Shown in pieces: positions 9,450-20,346 of a stretch of 64,000 bases of DNA. How positions within the stretch are numbered: position 1 is the first letter of the stretch; every line of letters begins with the position of its first letter. A program made the translations under genes and the position numbers. The stretch is from a bacterium. Its GTDB lineage: Bacteria; UBA8248; JACPRG01; G963555815. Below the pieces are notes generated by a model. The model was not told the origin of the DNA. It saw nothing but the letters and a program-made list of their open reading frames with translations, and did not search any database. Location: contig OZ244653.1 in the NCBI GenBank assembly GCA_965218795.1, forward strand, positions 4,576,001-4,640,000. Direction: 5' to 3'.

Positions 9450-10739
9450 CTATTTGCCCTCAGGTCGTTCCAGATTGAAGAGCTTCAGCGAGGTCTCTCC
9501 CAAAATGTTCCGCTTGGCCTGGTCGGTCAAGAAGGGCAGATCGAGAATCATGCTCGGCAGATCGAAATCCCAGTGCGGCCAATCCGACGCATAGAGCAGC
9601 TGGCTTTCCGCGTTGATCATTCTGCATGTGACTTCCAGCGCGCCCGGGTCGTTTCTCTCCAGGGGCTGCGAGGAATAATACATCTCCCTCATGTATTCGC
9701 TGGGCAATCGCTTGAGGAGGGGCGCCTCGGAGGTGCGCATCAGATATTCGTTGTCCAGGCGCTGCATCATAAACGGAACCCAGGCCAGACCGCTTTCGAT
9801 CCACATGACTTTCAGGCCCGGAAAACGCTCCGGGACGCCATTGAGGATCCAGTTGCTCATATGGAGCATGTTCCAGAAGACAAAGCCCAGGGCATGCACG
9901 CCGATGAACCGATTGAGCTGGGCCATGGCTGGTTCCGTCCACGAATATCCGCCGTGGAAGGCGAGGGGCAGGCCCCGCTCCTGAAGGGCCGCATACAGTT
10001 TCATATACTGATTGTGGTGGATCGGCTTGTTCCGGACGCTGGTGACCATGAAACCGATCACGCCGGGCTCCCCGGCGAACTCTTCAATGGTCTTCAGCGC
10101 GGCGTCCGGCTCGCTGATCGGCAGGTACAGCATGGATTTGAGGCGGTGGTCGCTCTTGAGGATTTTTTCCACCAGCCAGCGGTTGTAGGCACGGGCGAGC
10201 AGAACCTCCATGTCGGTCTGGGGATGCATGCCCAGATTCAGCATCCCGGTCGGGAACACCACCATGTAGTCGATGCCGATACATTCCATGGCGCGCCGGG
10301 AGAGGACCACGTCCCTGTGCACGTCCGTCTCTTCGACGGCTTCCCGGCGATCCGAGTGATGCGAGATGCGCCCGCCCACGTCCTGGTACCGCATGCCCAG
10401 GTTTCCGTACATGCCATAGGGAGGGGCGCCCACCCTGGATTCGTGGTACTCCTTGGCTTGGTATCGGATGACGGGATCCTCGATGTATTCGACGACATCG
10501 TTCCATGAGGCCACCTCGACATGGTGGGAATCGATGTCGACGATCACGTAGTTTCCCAGGTTCAGCTCTTCCGCTTGCCGCTGAGCGTGAAGCAGGATGT
10601 CGCGCGTGTCGGTATAGACATCGAACTGTCTGACCGGCATTTCATGAATCGATTGGACTTCGGAACTCATCCGTTTCGTTCCCGTTTCTCCCGACAGTGA
10701 TTCCTGTGCAGGGATGGTGTTTACGCTTGGTCCGCTCAC
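9450..10739 (-). CDS. Amidohydro_2 family metalloprotein (possible dinuclear oxygenase)
   Basis: DIDSHH, RAYNRWL, FHGG, IESGLAW, ASDWPHWD; overlaps the Rieske gene. Confidence 0.85.
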   Translation of the reverse strand: MSGPSVNTIPAQESLSGETGTKRMSSEVQSIHEMPVRQFDVYTDTRDILLHAQRQAEELNLGNYVIVDIDSHHVEVASWNDVVEYIEDPVIRYQAKEYHESRVGAPPYGMYGNLGMRYQDVGGRISHHSDRREAVEETDVHRDVVLSRRAMECIGIDYMVVFPTGMLNLGMHPQTDMEVLLARAYNRWLVEKILKSDHRLKSMLYLPISEPDAALKTIEEFAGEPGVIGFMVTSVRNKPIHHNQYMKLYAALQERGLPLAFHGGYSWTEPAMAQLNRFIGVHALGFVFWNMLHMSNWILNGVPERFPGLKVMWIESGLAWVPFMMQRLDNEYLMRTSEAPLLKRLPSEYMREMYYSSQPLERNDPGALEVTCRMINAESQLLYASDWPHWDFDLPSMILDLPFLTDQAKRNILGETSLKLFNLERPEGK

Positions 10740-11155
10740 AGCGAAACGTAGACCTCGCCGTTACGCACGGTCACATCAAGCTTCTTGAGCCGAAGCTTCG
10801 CCTTGCCCGGATGGGCGCCGGTCTCCAGGTTGTATTCAAAACCGTGCCAGGGACAAACGATATGGATGTGATCCTCCGAGAATCTCAGCCCCTGACTGGT
10901 CCCATCCCGTGCCAGCACTTCTTCCACCTTTGGGATGATCTTGCCCTGGCAAACCGGGCCCCCTTGGTGAACACAGTGGTTGTGAAAGGCGTGAAAGGCG
11001 CCCTTGATGCGGAAGATTCCGATCTCCTGTCCGTCCATGATCAGGATTTTCCGGTCGCCTTCCTGATAATCTATCTCGCTCCCCGCATAGAGCTCCGGCA
11101 CGCGCAACTCCTTTGAGATTCCTGTTTGAGACTCTTGGGGTGTATGCCCTCCCAT
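10736..11155 (-). CDS. Rieske [2Fe-2S] ferredoxin
   Basis: CVHQGGP...CPWHGFEYNLETG. Confidence 0.92.
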   Translation of the reverse strand: MGGHTPQESQTGISKELRVPELYAGSEIDYQEGDRKILIMDGQEIGIFRIKGAFHAFHNHCVHQGGPVCQGKIIPKVEEVLARDGTSQGLRFSEDHIHIVCPWHGFEYNLETGAHPGKAKLRLKKLDVTVRNGEVYVSL

Positions 11156-11365
11156 TCAGCATCGAGACACAACCGCCTCACCATGAAGCATGCGCCCATC
11201 CGTGGTCATTCAACGAAAAGGCGATCATCTTCATGTCTCAACCGGAGAGACCTCCGCCCGACTCTCGTATGGTGATTTCGCCCGTTTAACCCATTTCACG
11301 GAGCCGTGTCAACAAGATTATTCGAGGCCCCGAGTGCGGCCGGTCGGAACCCCGTCTCCGGCCGG

Positions 11366-12379
11366 CTAATCGATCAGCTTCTCGGACAGGTAGGGCACCT
11401 CGATCTTGCCGGCCATCAGATCTTTCTCCATGGCCCGGATCCGTTGCGCAATGTCGGAAGAGACCTTGCGGTTGAACGGCGCCAGCGTGGCCCCGCCCTC
11501 CCGAAAGCCGAGCAGATAGGCCTTCTTGACATCCCCCTTCATGATGTCCAGAACGAGCCGCTTCAGGGGTGCATGCCAGCCGTACACAATGCTGGTGATG
11601 ACGGTGTCCGGCGCCGTGCCGTTCACGTCCAGATAGTCCCCAAGGGCGTACACGCCCCGTTCCTCTGCGGCCTTGATCGCCCCGAACAGCATCGGGCTGC
11701 CCGTTCCGACGACCACATCCGCGCCCTGGTCGATCATGGCGAAGGCGGCCTCCTTGCCCTTGGAGACGTCCGACCAACTGCTGATGAACACGGTATTCAC
11801 CTGGATGTCGGGGATCACCGCACGGGCGCCCAATTTATAGCTGTTATGCTCGGCGAATTGCTGGGGGATGGGGAACCCGGCGATGGAACCGATCTTCTTG
11901 CTCTTGCTCATCAGGGCGGACAGGGCGCCGGCCAGGTAAAAGGCCTCGTGGGGTTGAGGCCCGTAGGTCACCACGTTCGGAAGCCCCTCGGTCTGGAAGA
12001 AATAGGGCACGGCGAACACAGTCTTTCGAAATTCGCGGGCCACCTTGACGGAGGGCACCCCAAACTCGAAGCTGTGCCCGATAACGAGGTCGTATCCCTC
12101 CACGGCCCACCGGCGCAGCGTCCGCTCGATGTCGGGATTCTGGATTTTCTCGTGGAAGGTGAACGCCTCCAAGCCGGGGTCTTCCTTGAGCTTCACGGCC
12201 CCGTTATACCCGCTCTGAGCCCAGCCGAGATCCTTGATGGGGCCGTTGAACGCGATCCCCACGCGGAGCTTTTTCGCCGCGACACCAAGGCCGGCCATGA
12301 GCCCCCCTGCAAGTACGATGGCCAGCACTCCCGCGGCCTTACGGAAACCTCTACGGGAAATCGGCATGCGCTTCTTCAT
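11366..12379 (-). CDS. BMP-family ABC substrate-binding protein
   Basis: Signal peptide; GPIKDLGWAQSGY, FYLAGALSALMSKSKKIG, SWSDVSKGKEAA..MIDQGADVV. Confidence 0.92.
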   Translation of the reverse strand: MKKRMPISRRGFRKAAGVLAIVLAGGLMAGLGVAAKKLRVGIAFNGPIKDLGWAQSGYNGAVKLKEDPGLEAFTFHEKIQNPDIERTLRRWAVEGYDLVIGHSFEFGVPSVKVAREFRKTVFAVPYFFQTEGLPNVVTYGPQPHEAFYLAGALSALMSKSKKIGSIAGFPIPQQFAEHNSYKLGARAVIPDIQVNTVFISSWSDVSKGKEAAFAMIDQGADVVVGTGSPMLFGAIKAAEERGVYALGDYLDVNGTAPDTVITSIVYGWHAPLKRLVLDIMKGDVKKAYLLGFREGGATLAPFNRKVSSDIAQRIRAMEKDLMAGKIEVPYLSEKLID

Positions 12380-12920
12380 GAGATAATCCTCCTCTCTATC
12401 CCGGCGTTGGGTAAGCGGCGCGATCCTGTCCGACCTGACCCGTCAGAGGCGCGCCAGAGCATTTCGTCGGCCGAGATGTCGCACCCCTTCAGATTCCATC
12501 CCCGACGCAGTCTATTGTGTCATGAACCGGGGACGCCGGATAGTCGTCCAGAGCCTGTCGTTCGCCTACGTCCCCGAGGGCGGGGCAGTGAAGGATGATG
12601 AAACGCCGCTTTGACTGGCGCCCCCCCTGGCCGAAGCCATTCAGTACCGCTCGCTCGACAGGGAAGTGATGGCGTGAAGGTGTCGTGAGAGGAAAGCCGC
12701 GCCGCCGCGGCTTGGCCCCGTGTTGGAACGCGACTCCGGCCCCGTTACCTGAAAGCGGGTCATACGGATCAGGTCTATCATTCGCCAATCAAGGACGTGT
12801 CCCCATCGAGACTCCGCTCTGTGGGGATTTCTTTGACCCGACTTCTCGGCGGAATGCATTCGGGAGACAGCGCCTGGGGGGGCGTGTTTGTCGTGAAGTA
12901 TTGACAAGGAGAGCCATGGA

Positions 12921-13706
12921 ATGACAGTTCTCGTTGAAAAGAAGGACCGGATCCTTACGTTGACCATCAATCGGCCGGAGGCGATGAACTCTCTGGATCC
13001 CGAGACGAGGAGCCGGCTGTGCGAGTGCTTCGATGAATATCGAGAGGACAATGACTTGTGGGTTGCAATCCTGACCGGGGCCGGCGAGCGATCGTTCTGT
13101 GCGGGAGCGGACATCAAGAAGACGATCGGCGCCTCATTGAGTCAGGACGTGTGGAGCCGGCGAAAACCCTTCGTTCACGCGAAGGATCTGTACACCGTTC
13201 TCGAGTCCGTGACCAAACCGGTCATTGCCGCCGTCAACGGCTATGCCCTCGGCGGTGGGCTGGAGTTGGCCCTTTGCTGTGATATCCGAATCGCTTCGGC
13301 AACGGCCGGCTTCGGTCTTCCCGAGGTGGGGCTCGGTATCATTCCCGGCGCGGGCGGGACCCAGCGTCTCTCGCGGGTCGTCGGGGTCGGCCACGCCTTG
13401 AACCTGATCCTGATGGGGAAGCGGATCGATTCACAGGAGGCTTACCGAATCGGTTTGGTCAGTCGCGTCGTCGCTCCGGGAGCGTTGATGGACGCGGCGC
13501 AGGACGCGGCCGAGACGCTCTGCAAGCGCGGACCGCTCGCAGTGCGATTCGCCAAAGAGGCCGTCCTCAAAGGGGCCGATATGACGCTGCGGGACGGGCT
13601 TGTGCTGGAGAACCTTCTGTCGAACCTTCTCCGGGGAACCGAGGACGCCGCCGAGGCAGCCAAGGCGTTCGCCGAAAAGCGGCCGCCCCAATTCAAGGGA
13701 GAATAG
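12921..13706 (+). CDS. Enoyl-CoA hydratase/isomerase
   Basis: FCAGADIK, GGGLELALCCD, PEVGLGIIPGAGGTQRL. Confidence 0.95.
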   Translation: MTVLVEKKDRILTLTINRPEAMNSLDPETRSRLCECFDEYREDNDLWVAILTGAGERSFCAGADIKKTIGASLSQDVWSRRKPFVHAKDLYTVLESVTKPVIAAVNGYALGGGLELALCCDIRIASATAGFGLPEVGLGIIPGAGGTQRLSRVVGVGHALNLILMGKRIDSQEAYRIGLVSRVVAPGALMDAAQDAAETLCKRGPLAVRFAKEAVLKGADMTLRDGLVLENLLSNLLRGTEDAAEAAKAFAEKRPPQFKGE

Positions 13707-13904
13707 TAAGTGTGCAAACGGAGCCGCAGTAGAAATGGGCTGCGTCCCATCGACGAGACAGGCGACGTCGAACTTGCTCACGCCTGATACCGGTCGTCCG
13801 ATCGCTCGGCAAACGCGCAAAACGCTTGTGCGGCCGGTGCGGCGTCAATCTCTTTGATATTCCCGCATGACCGTATTCCTCAAGCAGCACAACGATCGGC
13901 CTGC

Positions 13905-15146
13905 CTAAAAACTGTAACTCAAGCTCAACTCGACGAAGCTGTCGCGTCGCGTCTCATAGAGGGGGTCCGTTTCGCCGACAATGGGAAGAGCGAACGCCTC
14001 CAGGCGCAGAGACCACTGATCCGAGAGACGCCGGTTCAATTCGACAGTCAGAGCGCGCGTGGCATAGTCCGCGTCCCCCAGAAGGCCGGCGAGGAGTTCG
14101 GTGCTCTGAACGTCGTTGAATGCAAGGCGCACGGCCAGGAAGAGATCGTTCTGGAACTTATTGGTCGCATTTCGGCCCCGCCCGTCGTGATTCCATTCGC
14201 CGAGCAGGCCGAGATCGGCGGCCGAGCCCAAAACGGAATAGAAGGTGTATTCGCCGCCGAGAACGAAAGCGGCGTAGTCCTCTTCCTCGCCAAGACGGTT
14301 TCGGGCGCCGGCGCGATGAATGGCCTCCAGCTTGAACAACCACGCATCGGCCGTGAGCTGGGCGTCCAGTCCGAACTGGCGGATCTGCTCGTAGAACTGA
14401 ACCAGGACGACTGACGCATCAATCAGTCCAGGGCGCAGAAAAGGCTCCCGGCTGGTGCCGTCGAATACGCTCAGGCCGATATCGAAAGGGCCGAAACTGT
14501 GGCTGTAGCGCGCGGCGAAATCCCAATGCCATTCCTCCTCCGCGCTTTCATACTCGACATGCTCATCGTCCACGACGAGCGAGGAGCGCAGGCGGCCATG
14601 GCGGCCGGGAAAGGTGCGCGCGCGGTGATAGGGCAGGGCGAAAAGCTCCATCGCGCCCCAATCGCCGGACCAGGTGACATGGGCCATCGGCTGCCCGAGC
14701 TTGGCCTCTTCGTTTGGATGTTCGATGAGGTCGGTCTGGTTGACGATGTCGACCAAGTGGTGCGATTCGGCGACGCCCCAGAACACCCGGTCCACGCCCA
14801 GGCGCAACTCCCATTCGCCAGAGCCGATTTCACCGAATAGAAGAATGTAGGCTTCGCGCAGATCGGCATGGGTGCGGCGCGAGTCCGCGAGGTCGTAGCG
14901 AAAGAAGGGCGCCAGCGTCAGGCTCCAGCTCCCCTCGTTTTTCAGGTACATCTTCGGAGCTAAGACGAAGCCGCTCGCGTGTGGGCGCTGCTCGGAATGA
15001 GCGCCGGCTTCGGGATACCACCGGCTTTCGACGCTCACGCGCCCGGAAAATGCGTGCTCGATGCTCTCGGCCCCGTCGTCCGCTCCGGCGAAAAGGAGTG
15101 TGGCCAATATCAACAAGACGGCGACGAGCGCCGCGCGGTGCGGCAT
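13905..15146 (-). CDS. Putative outer-membrane beta-barrel protein (partner of the LolA-like/MMPL genes)
   Basis: Signal peptide from MPHRAAL; LREAY, VFWGVAESHHLVDIVNQTD; C-terminal LSYSF. Confidence 0.7.
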   Translation of the reverse strand: MPHRAALVAVLLILATLLFAGADDGAESIEHAFSGRVSVESRWYPEAGAHSEQRPHASGFVLAPKMYLKNEGSWSLTLAPFFRYDLADSRRTHADLREAYILLFGEIGSGEWELRLGVDRVFWGVAESHHLVDIVNQTDLIEHPNEEAKLGQPMAHVTWSGDWGAMELFALPYHRARTFPGRHGRLRSSLVVDDEHVEYESAEEEWHWDFAARYSHSFGPFDIGLSVFDGTSREPFLRPGLIDASVVLVQFYEQIRQFGLDAQLTADAWLFKLEAIHRAGARNRLGEEEDYAAFVLGGEYTFYSVLGSAADLGLLGEWNHDGRGRNATNKFQNDLFLAVRLAFNDVQSTELLAGLLGDADYATRALTVELNRRLSDQWSLRLEAFALPIVGETDPLYETRRDSFVELSLSYSF

Positions 15147-15964
15147 CAGCGCGCCCGTTTCAGCCCGGTCCTGGTGAAGTCGCGGTCTTTCAGTTGGGTG
15201 CGGAACTTGAAATCCTTCCAGGTCAACACGGTGCTCTTGCCCGTTAAGTGGTTCACCATCGTCATTTCGCCGGCCTGCCAGTAACGATCCAGGTACTGCT
15301 TGTAGTTCCCCACGGTGAGCGTCTTCAGATGCGCGTTCTTGCGGTCGTAGTACTGCACCTTCCAGACGCGAAGCTCGTCCTTGTCTTGCCAGACGATTTG
15401 GCGTCGGTAGCCCGACCTCTTGTTCACCGGGAAGCGTTCGGAGACCGTGCAGGTCAGTTTGCCGCAAGGCTCGTCGCGCAGATAGCGGTAGGTGTATTTC
15501 TCCACCTCCTGGGCGCCCATGTCCTCATAGGCGAATTCGCTGCCCATGAAGGAACCGGAGCGGTTCGACGAACTGATGCGCTTGACCCGCTTCAGAGCGG
15601 GCAGGTAGAGCCATTGATCATCGTTGGCCTTCCTGCGGGCATGGACGAGCAGCGCGGTGCCCTTGACGTCGCGCGGACGATCGAAGACGAACAGGGTCTT
15701 GTCGCCGGCTTCGGCGACCTCGAGAACCTTCACGCGGAGTTGGCGCCGGCTCTCCTGTCCATGCTTGTTGCGCAGCACCATGATCTGGTTGACCGTGAAA
15801 TTTCCGAAACCTCGCGCTCGCTCGCGGGTCTCGCGCGCGATCTTCAGTCCTTTTTCCTCGGGGGTCGCGGAACGCGCGAGTGGCGGCGCACCCAGACAAG
15901 CCAAAAAGGTCAGGCAAGGCGCGAGAAACAAGAGCGCCGATCGGGTGGAGAAAGCGGGAGTCAT
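15146..15964 (-). CDS. Outer-membrane lipoprotein-sorting (LolA-like) protein
   Basis: PRDVKGTALL, DDQWLYLPALKRVKRIS, FMGSEFAYED. Confidence 0.9.
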   Translation of the reverse strand: MTPAFSTRSALLFLAPCLTFLACLGAPPLARSATPEEKGLKIARETRERARGFGNFTVNQIMVLRNKHGQESRRQLRVKVLEVAEAGDKTLFVFDRPRDVKGTALLVHARRKANDDQWLYLPALKRVKRISSSNRSGSFMGSEFAYEDMGAQEVEKYTYRYLRDEPCGKLTCTVSERFPVNKRSGYRRQIVWQDKDELRVWKVQYYDRKNAHLKTLTVGNYKQYLDRYWQAGEMTMVNHLTGKSTVLTWKDFKFRTQLKDRDFTRTGLKRAR

Positions 15965-18255
15965 GATTGTTTCCTATCGATAGCCATCAGCAGAGGCGGG
16001 AGAAGCAGGAAATCGGCGAGGATTGCAAAGGCGAGCGTGATCGTAACCAAAAGGCCGAGCGCCCAACTGACCTCGAATCCCGAGAAGATGAACACCAGGA
16101 AGCCCGCAGACAGAACCGCGGTCGTGGTCCATAACGCGTGACCGACGGTGCGGAAGGTTGCGTGCACGGCCTCGGGCGCTGCAAGGCCCTGCTCGCGGCG
16201 CGCTTTCAGATATCTGCTCAGGAAATGTATCGTATCGTCCACGACGATGCCAAAGGCGGCGGCGGTGACCACCGAGGCGGCTATGCCCACACGGCCGACC
16301 AGATAGCCCCACAGACCGAAGCTCATGGCCGCGGGAATGAAATTGGGCACCAGACTGATAAGGCCTAAGCGCAAACTTTTAAAGACCCAGATCAGGATGA
16401 GCGAAATGAGGCACATGCCGAAGATTGTGCCGCGCAGCATGCCGTCGATGTTTCGCTTGGAAATATGAGCGAATATTACGCTGAGGCCCGAGGCTTCGGA
16501 GACCATATCGGGCGCGTTGGCCCGGAGCCACGTATCGGCGCGCGCGACCAGCTCGCGCTGCTTCCGGGCTGACAGATTGCGAGCCACGACGGTCATGCGC
16601 GTGGCGGACTTGGCGACGTCGATGCGGTTGTTGAGGTCGTTGCCGAACGGTAGCGACAGTTCGTAGAGCAACAGGTACTGCGCGGCGAGCTCCGGATTGT
16701 CGGGCAACCGGTAGTACGCTGGATCGTCGCCGTGCATGTTCTTGTTCAGACGCTTCATGATGTCCGGGAAGGCTTGGACGTGGCTCACTTCCGGCTGCTT
16801 CCGGTACCATTCGGCGAAAGCATCGACTTTGCGCAGGTAATCTGGACCCGTGACGCCGTCCTGGCGTCCCGCGCTGAGCGAATATTCCAGTGTTTCCATA
16901 CCGGTCAGATTCTCGATGACGAAGTCCGTATCGCGCCGGAACTCATAGCGCTTGTCGAAGTACCGCGTCCAGTTGTCGCTGAGCTCGTTGCGGGGGATAC
17001 CGGCGACCAGGCCGACGGCCAGGGCGACTACGGTCCACAGCAGGAATTTGCGGCGCGCGACGACGAAGGCGCCGAACCTGTCAAAGAACGCCGGCCGTTC
17101 AACGTCGGCGGAAGACGCGCGCAACGGCAGGATCGAAAGCATCGCCGGCAGGAGGGTCATGGAGTAGAAGAAGGCGCAGAGCACGCCGAACGCCACGAGA
17201 TTGCCCAAAACGTGAAAAGGCGGCGAATCCGAGAAATTCAGGCTGAGGAACCCGATTGCGGTCGTGACCGTGGTCAGGAGCACGGGATACGCATTGACGC
17301 GGAGAGATTCCACGATCGCCGCGTCTTTATCCAGACCCCGACGCAGACCCATCATCGCGGCCTCGATGATGTGAACCGCATGGGCGACGGCAACCGTCAT
17401 GACGATGATCGGCACGCCTGCGTTGGTGGGGCTGAACACCGTGCCAATCCAGCCTGCGAACCCCATGGTGGTCGTGACGGTGAATCCAAGGATGACAACG
17501 ACGTCGAGGGTGCCGAATGCCGAGCGCAAGAGAACGAGCATGGCGGCCACGATGACGAGGAAAACGATCGGTCCGAGGGTCGAGAGATCATCCTTCGTGG
17601 CGTCGGCGAAGGCGCGGTTCATGACGACATCGCCGGTCAGGTGATACTCGATGTCGGGATGGCGCGCGCGCGCTTCGTTCAGCATGGCGTGGAGATAATC
17701 GGTGATCTCCACCACCGCAGCGTCCGGGTTGTCGGGCAGAACGAAATTGATCGCCAATCCGGCCGTGCGTCCGTCGTGCGCGACCAGACGTCCGGCAATC
17801 TCGATTTCGTTCAGCGCTATCCTCTTGATGCGCGCCAAGTCGGCATCGCTCAGGGATTGTGCGCCATCGACGAGCGGCTCGACGATCAAATCGTCCCCCT
17901 CCGCCCGGCTGTGGGTATAGTTGGTAAGAGAGTCGACCCGGCTGGAATGAGGCGCCTTCCACGCGGATTCGGTCAACTTCTCGACCGCGCCCAGCGCCTC
18001 GCGGGTGAACGCCGTGCCCTCTCGGGGCGTGATGGCGATGAGCGCCGTATTGCTCTCGGAGTAGGTGTTCTCCAAGGCATTGAAAGCGGCGAGTTGCGGG
18101 TTGTCTTCGCCGAACATGATATTGCGATCATTGGTGACGACGATGAAGCGCCCACCGCTCGCGGTGAGTAACATGATCAGCAGGCTGAGCGCGGCGACCA
18201 GCCATCGATAGCGCAGAATGGCGGCGGCGTAGCGGTCCAATGACATAAGGGTCAT
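15961..18255 (-). CDS. MMPL/RND-family transporter
   Basis: Two periplasmic loops and 12 TMs; TTVTTAIGFLSL, GIVVDDTIHFL. Confidence 0.92.
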   Translation of the reverse strand: MTLMSLDRYAAAILRYRWLVAALSLLIMLLTASGGRFIVVTNDRNIMFGEDNPQLAAFNALENTYSESNTALIAITPREGTAFTREALGAVEKLTESAWKAPHSSRVDSLTNYTHSRAEGDDLIVEPLVDGAQSLSDADLARIKRIALNEIEIAGRLVAHDGRTAGLAINFVLPDNPDAAVVEITDYLHAMLNEARARHPDIEYHLTGDVVMNRAFADATKDDLSTLGPIVFLVIVAAMLVLLRSAFGTLDVVVILGFTVTTTMGFAGWIGTVFSPTNAGVPIIVMTVAVAHAVHIIEAAMMGLRRGLDKDAAIVESLRVNAYPVLLTTVTTAIGFLSLNFSDSPPFHVLGNLVAFGVLCAFFYSMTLLPAMLSILPLRASSADVERPAFFDRFGAFVVARRKFLLWTVVALAVGLVAGIPRNELSDNWTRYFDKRYEFRRDTDFVIENLTGMETLEYSLSAGRQDGVTGPDYLRKVDAFAEWYRKQPEVSHVQAFPDIMKRLNKNMHGDDPAYYRLPDNPELAAQYLLLYELSLPFGNDLNNRIDVAKSATRMTVVARNLSARKQRELVARADTWLRANAPDMVSEASGLSVIFAHISKRNIDGMLRGTIFGMCLISLILIWVFKSLRLGLISLVPNFIPAAMSFGLWGYLVGRVGIAASVVTAAAFGIVVDDTIHFLSRYLKARREQGLAAPEAVHATFRTVGHALWTTTAVLSAGFLVFIFSGFEVSWALGLLVTITLAFAILADFLLLPPLLMAIDRKQS

Positions 18256-18256
18256 C

Positions 18257-18776
18257 TGTATAACCAGGCTTCTTTCCTCACAGGTTGGATCAACTCTTGC
18301 CCGTGTCTATGGGGTCGGCTGCCCATGTTGCGACAGTCCTGATGAGGACGCTCGTTGTTGGAGAACTTCAGGTACTCGTCCAGGTCCTTCCCTCGCAACC
18401 CGCCCTATGTTGCCTGGATTCCTGTTGCAGCCTGCCCTCGAATGTCTTAGTCGAGGGGCCTGCCCCTGCACGCATTCGGCAGGCCAGCGGGAATGACGGG
18501 TTGGGAATCCTAGTGGCGGGTGTGGAGGCGTCGCCCCTGCAACCTGGATTCCCGCCACAGCCTGTCCCCGAAGGTTTTAGTCGGGGGCGGGAATGACAAG
18601 CGACTAAGACATTCGAGGGCAGGCCCCGATACGTTGCCCAGGGCCTCGGCTAGTTGCAGAGCGCTGAGTCGCTGCTTCACAACCTTCTTCTCTGCCATCC
18701 TCCTTCTCTGTCATCCGGGGGATCTCGCTCCCCCTTTGCAAGATATCATTTGTTCGGGAAGATGCCTGGAAGTACA
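18257..18776 (-). mobile_element. IS481-family remnant whose core is deleted and replaced by a palindromic repeat cluster
   Basis: IRs TGTATAACCAGGCTTCTTTCC / revcomp TGTACTTCCAGGCATCTTCCC; N-terminal QRLSALQLAEALGNVS and C-terminal DLDEYLKFSNNERPHQ..NMG fragments. Confidence 0.75.
18413..18625. repeat. Cluster of palindromic REP-like repeats
   Basis: Two CCTGGATTCC...GGGAATGAC units; 18601-18623 is the reverse complement of 18431-18453. Confidence 0.75.
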
Positions 18777-19174
18777 CATACCGGCTGGAAGCGGCGGCGG
18801 GCCCACCGACGCGAGTGCGCGCGGCCAACTGCGGATGACTTCGTTCCATCTGGCCGAATCTCTGCTTCCTGTTACCGTACGGAGTCGGTTGCGCCGCAGG
18901 CGCAAGCATTTTCACCATTCGATTGATTTTGATGTGTGGACGTGATCGGGCATCCGGTAACTCAGTCCCCCCTCGTCGTACACCGAGATTTGGAGAAGCT
19001 GAGTGAAATTTTGCGATCTGACGATCTGTTTCTTCTTCAGAAATCGCTGAAGGCGTTGTTTCATCCGGTAACTGAACAGTGTTATCAGTCTTTCTATGGC
19101 AGTGCCCTTTGGAAACCCGAACCCGTCAGCGAGTTCGTTTCCTATAAGCGATCGTGACAGGCGGTAGGCCAAAG

Positions 19175-20263
19175 CTAGTGTACTGTCGCAGAAATTTTTT
19201 CACAAAGGCGTTTGATCTTTGCAAGGATGGAATCGGCCGTGGCCGTCCACACAAACGGCTGGGCGTTTTCGTTCCAGTGGTCGGTGAATCGGTCAATCCG
19301 GCGGATCAGTTCTTTCACTTTGTTGAAGGAGCCCCGTCGAATCGCACGTTGCGTGATGATGTGAAACCAGATTTCCACTTGGTTGAGCCAGGAAGCATAC
19401 GTCGGCGTGAAGTGGAGTTGAAACCGTGGGTGTCTTGCCAACCATTGCTTGATTTTGGCGTGCTTGTGGGTGGCGTAGTTGTCGATCACCAAATGAATGT
19501 CCAAATCCGGCGGCACCTGCTCCTCGATGTGGCGTAGAAACTGAAGAAATTCCTGATGACGATGGCGGGGCTTACACTGCGCCATGACTTCTCCGGTCTG
19601 GATGTCCAGCGCGGCAAACAGAGTCGTTGTGCCATGGCGCCTGTAGTCGTGGGTGACCCCTTCCACATAGCCCAAGCCCAAGGGCAGCAACGGCTGCGTG
19701 CGTTCCAGAGCCTGGACCTGGCTCTTCTCGTCCACGCACAGCACCATGGCATGCTCGGGCGGATTCAGGTATAACCCCACGATGTCGCGTACTTTCTCCA
19801 CGAAGAAGGGATCCGTGGAGAGTTTGAAGTGCGCTTGTCGATGGGGCTGCAACCCGAAGGCACGCCAGATGCGATGCACCGTATCTTTGGATACACCCGT
19901 CGCCTGCGCCATGGAACGCACCGTCCACTGGGTCGCCTCGTTGGGACGCTCTTTGAGTGTCTTGTATACGACCTCGGCCACTTGCTCATCCTCAATCGAT
20001 CGCGGCGCTCCAGGCCGCAATTCGTCATACAGGCCGATCAGGCCGCGGTCGAGATACCGCTGGCGCCATTTTCCCACGGTGGCACGATTCACGCCAAGCG
20101 CCTCGCCAACCGCACGATTGGGCTTGCCATCGGCGGCCAACAAGACAATCTGGGCACGGCGCACCAGCCCATGGGGTAGGCTGCGGGAATGGGCCATAGA
20201 CTCCAATTGCTGTCGAGCATCATCGCTCAACTCCAAAGCTTTCAGCGGGCGTCCCCGTGGCAT
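19175..20263 (-). CDS. IS630-family transposase
   Basis: Protein identical to 1020-2108. Confidence 0.95.
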   Translation of the reverse strand: MPRGRPLKALELSDDARQQLESMAHSRSLPHGLVRRAQIVLLAADGKPNRAVGEALGVNRATVGKWRQRYLDRGLIGLYDELRPGAPRSIEDEQVAEVVYKTLKERPNEATQWTVRSMAQATGVSKDTVHRIWRAFGLQPHRQAHFKLSTDPFFVEKVRDIVGLYLNPPEHAMVLCVDEKSQVQALERTQPLLPLGLGYVEGVTHDYRRHGTTTLFAALDIQTGEVMAQCKPRHRHQEFLQFLRHIEEQVPPDLDIHLVIDNYATHKHAKIKQWLARHPRFQLHFTPTYASWLNQVEIWFHIITQRAIRRGSFNKVKELIRRIDRFTDHWNENAQPFVWTATADSILAKIKRLCEKISATVH

Positions 20264-20346
20264 AGGTTCCTCCTTGAAAAAGGGGTGATCAGGAAACCTA
20301 TGCACAAACATGACTTTTGCCTACTTATTCTTGAGACGAAACACTA
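19176..20346 (-). mobile_element. IS630-family insertion sequence, copy 2
   Basis: Same IRs and identical transposase to copy 1; TA duplication at a GCTAGC target. Confidence 0.95.

Noticed and set aside
13905-15467. 520-aa start for the outer-membrane protein
   Set aside because: The upstream part overlaps the LolA-like gene; the signal peptide begins at 15146
937-20346. Composite transposon or inversion bounded by the inverted IS630 copies
   Set aside because: The flanks of copy 2 rejoin into one in-frame gene and copy 1 has its own target, so these are independent insertions with no rearrangement
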